From the NCBI GenBank assembly GCA_964584495.1, contig CAZPAH010000003.1, forward strand, positions 7,148 through 71,147: a stretch of 64,000 bases of DNA. Direction: 5' to 3'. The notes under the pieces were generated by a model that saw only the letters and a list, made by a program, of their open reading frames with translations, was not told the origin of the DNA and searched no databases. The stretch's first letter is position 1. Every line of letters begins with the position of its first letter. The position numbers were made by a program, and so were the translations under genes. Origin of the DNA: an uncultured bacterium (GTDB lineage Bacteria; Krumholzibacteriota; Krumholzibacteriia; Krumholzibacteriales; Krumholzibacteriaceae). Positions 27,548-36,731 of this stretch are shown here, in pieces.

Positions 27548-28996
27548 ATGAGTGATTTCAAGTTAAATTCGATGAACTGGCAGGACGGCATGCTCCTGTC
27601 GATGAGCCACCTAAGGGACCAGGACCGCTACTTCGAAGAGCTTTCGAGGTGGTACGCCGCCGGGGCGAACGACAATTACGGACTGGTCAAGAAGACGGCC
27701 GAGCCTTCCCTGAAGCTGGACGCGACGCTCAGCGGAAGCTCCTTGAAGGTCGAGGTTAAGCGCTGCCAGGCGGTTCTGCCGAACGGCATGTTCGTCGAGT
27801 TCAACGAAGCGCTCAGCGGCGGCTTCGTCCTGAAGGCGCAGGCGGATATCAACGAGACGCACGTGCCGGTTTTCCTCGGGATCGATCCGCGCGAAAGAAA
27901 GCAGGTCGGCCAGAGCGATCCCTCGGAGGAAATCCCCCGGATCCCCTACGAGATACCGAATTATATCGTGACCCTCGTCGATCCGCCCAACCTTCCACAG
28001 GATCATTACCTTCAGATCGAGCTTCTGAACGTCAGCGGCTCGGAGGTTTCGCGGGCGCCCGATTATTTTCCTCCGGCGGTCAATATCAATTCGGACGACA
28101 GGCTGGCCGCGATAGCGGTGGACTACCGCAACCGAATGGAGAACCTTCTCAAGCTGTCCTCGCGCGCCCTCATGGCCGCCTCTTCGTCAAGCGGTCTCGA
28201 GGGGGCCTCGACGAAGCTTCAGAGCGCCTTCCGGGAGACGGCGTACTACCTGGTCTACCATATGGCGTCCCACCTCGACGATTTCATCGTCGGGCGCAAC
28301 TCCCCGCACCCGGGCATGATGATAGTCCAGTTCAAGAAGCTGTTCCGCGTGGTATCCTCGCTGCTCAACCTGCAGCCGGGGCTGAAGGACTACCTCAACG
28401 AAAAATTCTTCACGAAGGAAGGCAAGTCGGAGATTGGAGCTTTCCTCTCGTCCGTCGACGCGTTTCTTCTCTCCGAATACGATCACAGGGACATCGGGAC
28501 GCAGATAAAGATGATCGACAAGATCCTCGGGGTCCTGCGAGCCTTGATGGCGTTCCTGTCGAAGACGAGGCTGGACCAGCTCAGCGATCAGGCGGTCGCC
28601 ACAGACACTCTGACCTACCAGGGAAAGACGTACAAGAACCTCGATGTGGGCGGCAGCCGCCTCGAGGAGGTGGGGGAGCTGAGCTACCTGGTGATGGAGC
28701 TGGCCGAGCCGTGTCCCATGGCGGATGTCCTGGCGCTTATAAACAAGGAGCTTTTCTCCGAGGGCGAGTGGCGCAGCATGCAGGTCCGCCTCGGGCTCAA
28801 CGACGCCCGGGGGCTAGGTGAGACCGATCCGGTCGCCGTGGATACGACCAGCTACAACAATAAGGTGGTGCTTCACCCGCTAGATATGCTTCAATCCCCG
28901 TCGGTGAAGCAGGTGACCCTGATTATGAGGGGTATGCCCGACACGCAGAAGCTGGCCGGTCTCGGAAAGACCGATTTGATACTGTATACCGCATGA
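27548..28996 (+). CDS. tssK: T6SS baseplate protein TssK
   Basis: The N-terminus NSMNWQDGMLLSMSHLRDQDRYFEE matches the conserved TssK start (W-x-E/D-G-M-x-L...Q-H-x-Q-Q-x-D-R-Y). 482 aa. Confidence 0.65.
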   Translation: MSDFKLNSMNWQDGMLLSMSHLRDQDRYFEELSRWYAAGANDNYGLVKKTAEPSLKLDATLSGSSLKVEVKRCQAVLPNGMFVEFNEALSGGFVLKAQADINETHVPVFLGIDPRERKQVGQSDPSEEIPRIPYEIPNYIVTLVDPPNLPQDHYLQIELLNVSGSEVSRAPDYFPPAVNINSDDRLAAIAVDYRNRMENLLKLSSRALMAASSSSGLEGASTKLQSAFRETAYYLVYHMASHLDDFIVGRNSPHPGMMIVQFKKLFRVVSSLLNLQPGLKDYLNEKFFTKEGKSEIGAFLSSVDAFLLSEYDHRDIGTQIKMIDKILGVLRALMAFLSKTRLDQLSDQAVATDTLTYQGKTYKNLDVGGSRLEEVGELSYLVMELAEPCPMADVLALINKELFSEGEWRSMQVRLGLNDARGLGETDPVAVDTTSYNNKVVLHPLDMLQSPSVKQVTLIMRGMPDTQKLAGLGKTDLILYTA

Positions 28997-29012
28997 GGCA
29001 GGGTGAGAAGAT

Positions 29013-29942
29013 ATGGGTGAAAGTATAACTTCGTACATTGAGGATCTTTTCAAGTATATCGACGGCTACGAGAGCAACTACGCCTCCTTCGAGGCGGAGG
29101 CTTTCTTCCAGACGTACAACGGGATAGGAGCCGTTTTCCAGGCCCTTCGGCAGCAGCGCGAGAAGGCGGTCGAGGTCGACAGGGTCTTCCTGGAGAAGAT
29201 CAAGCTGGGACCGCTCAACAGCTCCGATTTCAGGCAGATAACGATCCAGGTGCTAATATCGTTTTTCGAATCGGTCGCCGACACCGACGGGCAGTCCAAC
29301 AAGGCCTACCTGTACTGCCGGGAATTCCGCAGCATAAAGAGGGACGTCACCTACTTCGAGACATACCTGATGCCCCTGCTGATGGGCGCAGGCAGCCTCA
29401 ACAACAACTTCAAGCTGAACAAATTCTTCCTGCAGGAGATAGGAAGGTTCATCAGCAATTTCAGCAGCGGGTGGAGCGGCGATCTGCCCTTCGAGGAATT
29501 CAAGGCGATGCCGGATCACAGGAAGCTGCTCGAGCTCTACCTGAGGCGTTCCAAGCTGGGCGAGAACCTATGCGCCGATCGCAACTCGCTCGAGTTTCAC
29601 ATGCGCAGCGTAGGCGTTTTCGAGAAGCTGAGGCAGTCCAATCCCCTCTTCGAGCGTTACCTGAAGGAGTGGAACTACCTGGACGAGGTGAGCCTGATCG
29701 ACAGGATCAAGGATGCGTTCGCCGTATTCTGGGGGAAATTGAAGGGACTTTTCTCTAGCTTCAAGTACCTCCGCCTCGCCATGACGCAGAGGTTTTCCGC
29801 CTACCTGTTCTACGGCCTATTGATAGTCATCTTCCTTCTCCTGGCGTTCATAGTGCCTTCCAGGTGGAACAGCTACACGAGGGATAAACAGGTTGAATTC
29901 GAAGCGCGGGTCGAGAAGACCCGGAGTGAGATAGGAAAGTAG
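29013..29942 (+). CDS. Tail-anchored membrane protein (cytoplasmic ~270-aa domain plus single C-terminal TM); TssL/DotU-like topology
   Basis: A single hydrophobic helix YLFYGLLIVIFLLLAFIVPSRW sits near the C-terminus, followed by a ~40-aa tail. It lies immediately after tssK and before the GTPase-TM gene. I see no recognisable sequence family, so the call rests on topology and position. Confidence 0.35.
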   Translation: MGESITSYIEDLFKYIDGYESNYASFEAEAFFQTYNGIGAVFQALRQQREKAVEVDRVFLEKIKLGPLNSSDFRQITIQVLISFFESVADTDGQSNKAYLYCREFRSIKRDVTYFETYLMPLLMGAGSLNNNFKLNKFFLQEIGRFISNFSSGWSGDLPFEEFKAMPDHRKLLELYLRRSKLGENLCADRNSLEFHMRSVGVFEKLRQSNPLFERYLKEWNYLDEVSLIDRIKDAFAVFWGKLKGLFSSFKYLRLAMTQRFSAYLFYGLLIVIFLLLAFIVPSRWNSYTRDKQVEFEARVEKTRSEIGK

Positions 29943-29959
29943 ACCGGCGGGAATAGACT

Positions 29960-32170
29960 ATGAAGCTGACAAAACTGTTGAAGTTCGCGAAGAAGGGCTC
30001 CAAGAGGGCGCAGAAGTCGAAGGGGGCCGCCGCCGCGGCGGCGGCGGCGTGGCCTCCCGGAATCAAGATCGGCGTCTTCGGCCACGAGAACACCGGCAAG
30101 ACGTCGTACTTCACCGTTCTCTATCACCAGAGCAAGATAGACAAGAAGATACAGATATCGGTCACCGACAACGACACGTCGAGCGAGTTTTTGGCCAACT
30201 ACATGGCGATATGGGGATTCGATTCGGGGACCTCGATGGGCACGATCGAGATGAAAACGATCGAGAAGAAGTTCCCCGAGCCGACGGAAAAGGACAAGGT
30301 CCTTCAGTTCACCTCGATCCTGGACGGCAAGAAGAAGGTGCCTGTCGTCACGTACGACTACAACGGCAAGGCCGTCTCGATCACCGAGCACACGGAGGAA
30401 GCTGAGAAGATCAGGAATTTCATGGCGGCAGCCGACGGGATACTATTCTTCTTCGATCCCAAGATACTGGGCGCCGACATGGAGGTCCAGGCCCGCACAT
30501 CGGCCTTTATCAGCATCCTCGAGGAGATCGCCCCGCTGAAATCGAGGCTCCCCGTTCCGGTCGGACTCGTCGTGACCAAGGCGGACACCCTGCCCGGCTA
30601 CAGCGGGGAGGACAGCACGATACTGATCAACCCCGAGGACGAGCAGTTCGTCGCCGAAAATTACGAGCAGTTCCTCGAAGCGGTCCTCAACAGCAGCAAT
30701 GTCACGGCGAACAGCTCGTGGGCCTCGTCGGTCAGGAAGATCCTCGTGAAGACGAGCGAGTTCCTGAGGGTCGTCGTGGGGAGGACGCTCGACTTCCAGA
30801 TCTTCTTCGTCTCGAACACCGGAAACGAGCCGGTCAAGATCGGCACCGACGTGGGGCGCTCGATATACCAGCCCCCCGACAAGATAAACCCATGCGGCGT
30901 CACGGAACCGTTCTACTGGATCCTCAACTCGGTGGTGAGGACCAGGAGCCTCAACATCATGAGGAAGATCACCAAGTACGTGGCCGCCGCCTCGATAGCG
31001 TGGATCGTGCTTTACTCGCTCCCCTTCGTCATTCATTTCAAGGGGCTGATTTCCAGGCCGTACAGGGTGGAGAACAGCGTCCTGAAATCGGTGGAAGGGA
31101 ACTATGTCAACATGTCCGAGGCGCAGCGGGCCGATATCATGAAGGCGTACAACCGGTACAGCAACAAGTGGCTCGTGAAGAAGATGTTTCCCGAGTACCA
31201 GCTCCTCGCCTCCCGCATGAAGGAGGTCTACAGGGATTTCAACATGGGCCCGGCCCTGGCGCGGCTGGACAGCGTTATAGTCTCGATAACCGACATAGTC
31301 TCGAATCCCGATCTGCAGCCGAAGTACAACCCGGCGAAGGACGAGATGATATACAACGATACGCACGTGAGGCTCAGGGAGGACCTCGAGGGATTTCATA
31401 TGGGCGACAAGACGGCCGTTCTCTACCTGAGATCGGACCGGGTTCTCAACTACTGGGACCTGTTCAACCAGTACTTGAAAAACCGGGAAGATACGGCGGT
31501 CCTGGAGAAGATAAGCAGCCAGGTCGCCTTCAACAGCACCAATGCGCAGAACTACGACGATAAGGAACGGCAGCTCGGGGACGCCCTGCTGAACAGCATC
31601 AACCTTCAGGTCTCCAAGCCGACACCCTCGGTCAAATCGGTCCGGTCCGGGCTTGCCGAGTACGACCAGATGAAGGAGCGCTTGAAGAGCGAGACGGACC
31701 CCGCGTTCGTGCTCGGCGAGGCGCCCGCCAGGCTGGAGGCGATAAAGGGCAAGCTGATGGCCGCCACCCACGAGAAACAGATAGCCTCCATAAACAACTT
31801 CCTCGCCGAAGTCAAGAAGTGGAACAAGCGGCAGCCGTTCACCTGCGTGCTCCAGACCGTTCCCGACATGGGCCATCTTCACATAGAGGTGACGGGCAGC
31901 GGCCAGAGCCCCACCTGGTCCAAGCAGACCCAGCTCCTTCAGGGGGACGAGATAAAGCTGAACTGGAAGATCGGGGACGATATCTATATCGCCTTCGACG
32001 AGCTGCGGCACCCGTGCAACTGGGGGAACAAGCCGAGCGACAGCATATTGCTGCAGAGCAAGTACGCGCTCTTCGATATGGAAGGCAGCGTCACCTTCCC
32101 GAATATAGGCAAGACGGTCGTCTTCAGCTTCAAGGGCGGATTGAAGGATAAGCTGCCCAAGCTGAGGTAG
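29960..32170 (+). CDS. Ras-like small GTPase domain fused to a TM helix and ~380-aa C-terminal (periplasmic?) domain; candidate TssM-analogue
   Basis: A poly-Ala linker precedes G1 GVFGHENTGKTS, G3 DYNG and G4 TKAD (an NKxD variant). One TM helix (ITKYVAAASIAWIVLYSLPFVIHF) lies around aa 335-358, followed by a long C-terminal domain. The gene is co-directional and tightly spaced after the T6SS core. Confidence 0.45.
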   Translation: MKLTKLLKFAKKGSKRAQKSKGAAAAAAAAWPPGIKIGVFGHENTGKTSYFTVLYHQSKIDKKIQISVTDNDTSSEFLANYMAIWGFDSGTSMGTIEMKTIEKKFPEPTEKDKVLQFTSILDGKKKVPVVTYDYNGKAVSITEHTEEAEKIRNFMAAADGILFFFDPKILGADMEVQARTSAFISILEEIAPLKSRLPVPVGLVVTKADTLPGYSGEDSTILINPEDEQFVAENYEQFLEAVLNSSNVTANSSWASSVRKILVKTSEFLRVVVGRTLDFQIFFVSNTGNEPVKIGTDVGRSIYQPPDKINPCGVTEPFYWILNSVVRTRSLNIMRKITKYVAAASIAWIVLYSLPFVIHFKGLISRPYRVENSVLKSVEGNYVNMSEAQRADIMKAYNRYSNKWLVKKMFPEYQLLASRMKEVYRDFNMGPALARLDSVIVSITDIVSNPDLQPKYNPAKDEMIYNDTHVRLREDLEGFHMGDKTAVLYLRSDRVLNYWDLFNQYLKNREDTAVLEKISSQVAFNSTNAQNYDDKERQLGDALLNSINLQVSKPTPSVKSVRSGLAEYDQMKERLKSETDPAFVLGEAPARLEAIKGKLMAATHEKQIASINNFLAEVKKWNKRQPFTCVLQTVPDMGHLHIEVTGSGQSPTWSKQTQLLQGDEIKLNWKIGDDIYIAFDELRHPCNWGNKPSDSILLQSKYALFDMEGSVTFPNIGKTVVFSFKGGLKDKLPKLR

Positions 32171-32199
32171 CGGTTTAATAGTCGACGAAAGGAAATACG

Positions 32200-32709
32200 A
32201 TGAGAAAGAGGAATCTGCTGGTCGTCGCCGTTCTGCTCGTGTCGCTCCTGCCGGCGGGAGCCTTCGCCGGCAAGGTTGTCCTGCCGGAGGAGACGGCGAT
32301 CAAGGTCAAATTCGATCCCGCGATAAAGATCAATTCCGGCAAGCTTCAGCCGGGGTTGACCCTGACGATCTTCCTCGCCCAGGACGTGAAGATCGGGGGG
32401 GCTACGATCATCGAGGCCGGGGCCGAGGGTACCGCGAAGGTGGAGGAGATAGTTCCCGCCTCCAGGCCGGGCGATCCCGGAAAGATCAAGATCTCGTTCG
32501 TCGATCTCGGCACGAAAGGAAAGTACCACGCCGCCGATAACGCGAGGATCAAGCTGGGCGGCTTCGTGGAGAACGAGGGGAAGGGCAGGAAGCTCCTCTC
32601 CTGGGTCTTTGTCCTCGGGCTCTTCATCAAGGGCTCGCAGGGCGAGATCGATAACATGCTCGAATATCCCGCCATCATAAAAGAGACGACGGTGCTTGAG
32701 ACGTCCTGA
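32200..32709 (+). CDS. Small secreted (periplasmic) protein, last gene of the + strand T6SS block
   Basis: Signal peptide MRKRNLLVVAVLLVSLLPAGAFA, with no lipobox Cys. It is 169 aa and predicted beta-rich. Confidence 0.4.
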   Translation: MRKRNLLVVAVLLVSLLPAGAFAGKVVLPEETAIKVKFDPAIKINSGKLQPGLTLTIFLAQDVKIGGATIIEAGAEGTAKVEEIVPASRPGDPGKIKISFVDLGTKGKYHAADNARIKLGGFVENEGKGRKLLSWVFVLGLFIKGSQGEIDNMLEYPAIIKETTVLETS

Positions 32710-32721
32710 CCCCTTAAGGGA

Positions 32722-34236
32722 TCAGTACTGACCGTAGATGCGCATTATCACTTCCAGGCTGAAGGCCGCGTCGTATATCTCGACCTCGTCTATCACGCCG
32801 TAGAGGTAAAAAGGCATCTCCGAGTTGTCCTTTCCCATGAGAAGGGGACCCGAAGTGATCGGGGCTGGCGCCGTTCCGGTGCCGACGTCCCAGACGCCCT
32901 CCACCTCGTCCGCCATGTAGTAATGGAACAGAACGGCCGACCCGGGATCGCCGAACCTGTACGAGAAGACGATATGCTGCCAGCCGGTCATCCGGTTGTC
33001 GGGGATATCGACCCTGTACTCGTTGTAGGGCGCCGTGCCGTACCTGAATACCACCGCCGTAACCCCGTCGCTCACCGAGACATCGTCGATCAGGAGCTGG
33101 TAGTTAATCGGTCCGTCGAGATCCCTCTTGTTGAGGAGGGAGTAGGTGGCGATTTCGGGAACCTCGCGGTTGATGTTGAACCAGAGCGATACCGTGAGCT
33201 CCTCTCCAAGGTCCAGGAGGTCGTCGTCGTCCACCTCGACGTAGTCACTGTTGCCGTCGAACCACCTGGCCCCACCAATGACGCCGTAATCATATATAGC
33301 AGTCCCGTGCGCCCTCCCGTGGAGGTGGTGCCCCGATATATCCTCTATCCAGTAGTAATCCTCGCTCCCCTGTCCCCAGCCCATCGGATAGTGGGCGACG
33401 ATCCGCTCGAAGGGATCGTACATCACCGCGACGCCCGTCTCGGTGTAGACGTTCTCGTAAGGGAGCTCTATCCCCTCGACATCGGTCATCTCCAGGAGGG
33501 TCGGGTAGAAGGCGAACGTCTCGGCGGGGATCTCGTATATAGAGGTCCTGTAATAGGCGGTGAAGAGCTCCGCGTACCCCGAGTCATCGACTATCCTTCC
33601 GCCCAGTATCCTGTGGCCTATCTGGAAATGGACCGATACGTCGGTGTCCCACCATTCCAACCACGAGAAATCGGCTATCGAGGGGCTTAGGATCACGCTG
33701 TCGGCGTGAAGGAGCCTTTGGGTGACCGCCGCGTGGTTGTCGAGAAGCCCGTCGATATAGTGCAGATCGGGGACGTTGTAGACGCTCACCTTCATGGCCA
33801 GGAGATCGCCCTGGGGCTTCTCCTGGTAGATCGGCGAGACCTTGATCATCGGGACCTGTGGCCGGAGCCGGATCGAAAGCTCCATCGTCGATCCGTCCGA
33901 TACGTCGGCGGTGGACTGTCCCGCGTAGATCAGCGTTCCTTCCTTGTCGAACGCCTCTATCCTGAAGGTGCGTCTCGGTCCCGCCGGCACGAGGACCGAC
34001 CCGGTGAGGACCCCGTTGTCGTAGGCGAGGTACTCCTCGATCGGTTCCTCTATCCCCGTTCCCGTGACGGTCAGAATGAAGGTGGCGGCCTGGCTGATGC
34101 CGGAATACCCCTCGATCGAGGTTCTTATCGTGAGGTCGATTCTCTCGTCCGCGATGGAAGTTATCTTCTCCGAGCAGGCGGGGAGAATCAGCATTAGGGC
34201 GAAAAGCAGAAAGACCGATCGACCGGATCTCATCAT
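32722..34236 (-). CDS. Lipoprotein with LamG/concanavalin-like jelly-roll domain
   Basis: Signal peptide with lipobox LILPAC. The C-terminal region (LWFNINREVPE...VVFRYG...GWQHIVFSY...DEVEIYDAAFS) carries the hallmarks of a LamG-type domain. Confidence 0.55.
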   Translation of the reverse strand: MMRSGRSVFLLFALMLILPACSEKITSIADERIDLTIRTSIEGYSGISQAATFILTVTGTGIEEPIEEYLAYDNGVLTGSVLVPAGPRRTFRIEAFDKEGTLIYAGQSTADVSDGSTMELSIRLRPQVPMIKVSPIYQEKPQGDLLAMKVSVYNVPDLHYIDGLLDNHAAVTQRLLHADSVILSPSIADFSWLEWWDTDVSVHFQIGHRILGGRIVDDSGYAELFTAYYRTSIYEIPAETFAFYPTLLEMTDVEGIELPYENVYTETGVAVMYDPFERIVAHYPMGWGQGSEDYYWIEDISGHHLHGRAHGTAIYDYGVIGGARWFDGNSDYVEVDDDDLLDLGEELTVSLWFNINREVPEIATYSLLNKRDLDGPINYQLLIDDVSVSDGVTAVVFRYGTAPYNEYRVDIPDNRMTGWQHIVFSYRFGDPGSAVLFHYYMADEVEGVWDVGTGTAPAPITSGPLLMGKDNSEMPFYLYGVIDEVEIYDAAFSLEVIMRIYGQY

Positions 34237-34249
34237 CGTTATTCTCCTT

Positions 34250-35371
34250 CTAGTAGGTTACCCCGAGTCCGCCGGAGACCTGAAGCCCCCCTATGTCGAC
34301 GGCATCCTCGCCGGTAGAGCCCGTATGATATATCATCCCGAGGTTCAGGCTCAGGCGATCGGAAATGCTTTTGCCGATATCGACCCCCAGGTTCAAGAGG
34401 GACGATTTGCCCAGCTCCTCCTCGCTGGAGAGTATCTGCCTCGTGCCGACGAGCGCGCCGATCCGCCATTCGGTGGATGTAGCGTAGCCGAGGCGGCAAA
34501 ATAGATCGTACTCGTCGCCATACTTCTTGAGCTGGCTTTCGATGGCGCCGTCGGCCTCGTTGTAGCGCTTGTTGCGGCCCCGCACTATCATCATGGCGCC
34601 GAACGTGGCGCTGTACCGGCGCACCGGGTAGGTGGCCGTAAGGCGGGCGGTCATCTGGGGCGCCTGCCTGTAGATATTATCGCCGTCGAGATCGTCGGTC
34701 CCGAAGATCGAGAATCCGATATCGCCCGTGTATACCGCTTCGCCCAGCACGGCGTTCGCCGTGGCGTTCAACGAGTAAGCGTTCCCCGGATCGTAGTCGC
34801 CGCTTCCCTCGTAAGGCTTGTACGAGCCGCTGTAATCGTAGACGGCCGAGACGCCGCACTTGAAACGTCCTATCTCGGCGGCAACTCCAGCCTGAAGGTT
34901 GAACCCGAACCCCTGGCCGTACCGCCTCAGGGGCAGCGAAAGGTAATCGCGCGAGAGAAACTCTATGATCTGCTCGTCTCCGCCCGTGTCGAGCTCCTTC
35001 TTTCCTGTCGGCATGTTGAGGCCTCCCGACAGGAGGAGCCTGTCCTCCTTGAAGGAATGCGAGAACTGAAGCCTCACGTCGCCGAGGCCCGAGAGATCGT
35101 TCTTGACGCCGTTCATCTCGAGGTCGTTGTAGCCGGTGATGAGAAAGTACCTCGCCTCGAAGTTTTCCTTGATCGGCATGAAGCCGGAGAGGACGATGGT
35201 CCTCTGCGACAGGGCGTCCTTGTCGCCGAACGGGTTATCGATCGACCAGTTGTTGTAGTAGAACTGGAGGTTGGCGGAGCCGGGCTGGCCGTAGACGATC
35301 TGGCCGCGCGCGGCGGGAGCGAGGGCGAGCAGGATGAACAGGACCGGGAATACGGTTTTTCTAATCTGCAT
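34250..35371 (-). CDS. Outer-membrane beta-barrel protein (porin-like)
   Basis: Signal peptide MQIRKTVFPVLFILLALAPAARG, alternating amphipathic beta-strand pattern rich in Y/G, and a C-terminal ...GLGVTY with terminal aromatic. Confidence 0.5.
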   Translation of the reverse strand: MQIRKTVFPVLFILLALAPAARGQIVYGQPGSANLQFYYNNWSIDNPFGDKDALSQRTIVLSGFMPIKENFEARYFLITGYNDLEMNGVKNDLSGLGDVRLQFSHSFKEDRLLLSGGLNMPTGKKELDTGGDEQIIEFLSRDYLSLPLRRYGQGFGFNLQAGVAAEIGRFKCGVSAVYDYSGSYKPYEGSGDYDPGNAYSLNATANAVLGEAVYTGDIGFSIFGTDDLDGDNIYRQAPQMTARLTATYPVRRYSATFGAMMIVRGRNKRYNEADGAIESQLKKYGDEYDLFCRLGYATSTEWRIGALVGTRQILSSEEELGKSSLLNLGVDIGKSISDRLSLNLGMIYHTGSTGEDAVDIGGLQVSGGLGVTY

Positions 35372-36731
35372 CTAGCTCCCCCTTGATCAGGATCGTTCCG
35401 TAGCCGGACCAGACAGGTCCTCCGCCGGGCGGAGCGAGCGCCCCGTTCCCGAAATACCAATAAAGCTCGTTATTCATTATGAAATTGCTGTTTATGAGGT
35501 TCGACGCCTGGACCTGGCCCATGCCGGCCTGCATCTCGTCGGCTTTCATGGAGCCCGATACCATCTTCTCGAACTCGCCCGTCGACGAGCCCTGTCCGCC
35601 CCCGGTCCCTCCCGAGTAGATCTGCGCCTGCTCCATCTTGCCGGCCATGCCGGAGGCCTGGTGGAAGCCCGGATCGTGCTTGCCCGCCTCTTTGAAGGAT
35701 TCGAGGGCTTCGCCGTACATGCCCTTTCTCTCGTAGCCCAATCCCTTCCCGTAGGCCATGAAGGCGAGGAACGATTCGGTCGGGACCTCCTCGATGGCGT
35801 CCCTCTCCTTCTTGCTGAGCTTGATCCCCAGCGTATCTATCAGGTCGAAGACGAAACTTTTCTGCACCTTGAAGAACCGGTCGAGCTCGCCTTCCTCGGG
35901 CGGCGCCCCCGTGATGACGTCGTCGACCGTGTTTACCAGCTTGCCGTCGAGCCTGAAGCTGTTATCGCCGGTGCCCGTCACCGATCCCAGGACGACGTTT
36001 CGGCTTCCCAGCAGCCGCCCCACGCGCGGCGCGAGGCTCGGGTCTGCGTACCTGCTCTCTCCGATCTTGAGCTCGTCGAGGATCACGTCTATCTTTAGCC
36101 TTTCGAGCACCCGCAGGCTCGACACCTTGGCCAGGTCTATCGCGGTGAATTCGGCGAGCCCGAGCGCGAGCGGCTCCAGCTCGGGGGGCAGCGTCGAGCC
36201 GTCGAAGCTGATCACCGCTATGCTGTTCTCGGGTATCGAGACGGTGGAAAGCGAGTCCTCTTTCCTTACCGCCTCGCGGGCTTCGGCCGTAAGCCTGTTG
36301 TCTATCAGGACCCCGAGGCGCCCCTCGATCAATTCCTTCGTCTTTCCACCGCCGCTCATCCTGACCGCCGCGCCGTAGACCCTGATCGCCTTGTCGATCT
36401 GGCCGGTCTGCTCGAATATCAATCCTAGGTAGTAGTTCGAATCGGCGTTGGGCTTAATCTTGTTCGAGGAGCTGAAAGCCTCCTCGGCCTTTTCCAGCGC
36501 CCCCTGCCTGTAGTAGGCGAGACCGAGCTGGTACCACGCCTCGTAGTTGCCGGGGTTCTCGCCGATCGATTCGTAGAGGGCTGACACCGCGGCGGGGTAG
36601 TCTCCCGCATCCGAAGCGGTTTTCCCTTTCATGTAGAGACTCTGCGAACAGCCTCCCGCAAGAAAGATCAAGATAAGAAATGCTGCCGGCACCGATCTTA
36701 TCATTGAATTCTCCTTATCGTTTTGTTTCAA
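35361..36731 (-). CDS. TPR-repeat lipoprotein with TolB-N-like (COG5616/CsgG-like) alpha/beta domain
   Basis: Lipobox LAGGC. TPR repeats (AWYQLGLAYYRQGALEKAEEAF...) are followed by IAVISFDGSTLPPELEPLALGLAEFTAIDLAKVSSLRVLERLKIDVILDELK, resembling the TolB amino-terminal-like domain. Confidence 0.5.
   Translation of the reverse strand: MKQNDKENSMIRSVPAAFLILIFLAGGCSQSLYMKGKTASDAGDYPAAVSALYESIGENPGNYEAWYQLGLAYYRQGALEKAEEAFSSSNKIKPNADSNYYLGLIFEQTGQIDKAIRVYGAAVRMSGGGKTKELIEGRLGVLIDNRLTAEAREAVRKEDSLSTVSIPENSIAVISFDGSTLPPELEPLALGLAEFTAIDLAKVSSLRVLERLKIDVILDELKIGESRYADPSLAPRVGRLLGSRNVVLGSVTGTGDNSFRLDGKLVNTVDDVITGAPPEEGELDRFFKVQKSFVFDLIDTLGIKLSKKERDAIEEVPTESFLAFMAYGKGLGYERKGMYGEALESFKEAGKHDPGFHQASGMAGKMEQAQIYSGGTGGGQGSSTGEFEKMVSGSMKADEMQAGMGQVQASNLINSNFIMNNELYWYFGNGALAPPGGGPVWSGYGTILIKGELDAD

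Noticed and set aside
30443-32011. 522-aa minus-strand ORF within the GTPase-TM gene
   Set aside because: It is antisense and low-complexity with no motifs, whereas the + strand frame carries G1, G3 and G4 GTPase motifs and a TM helix.
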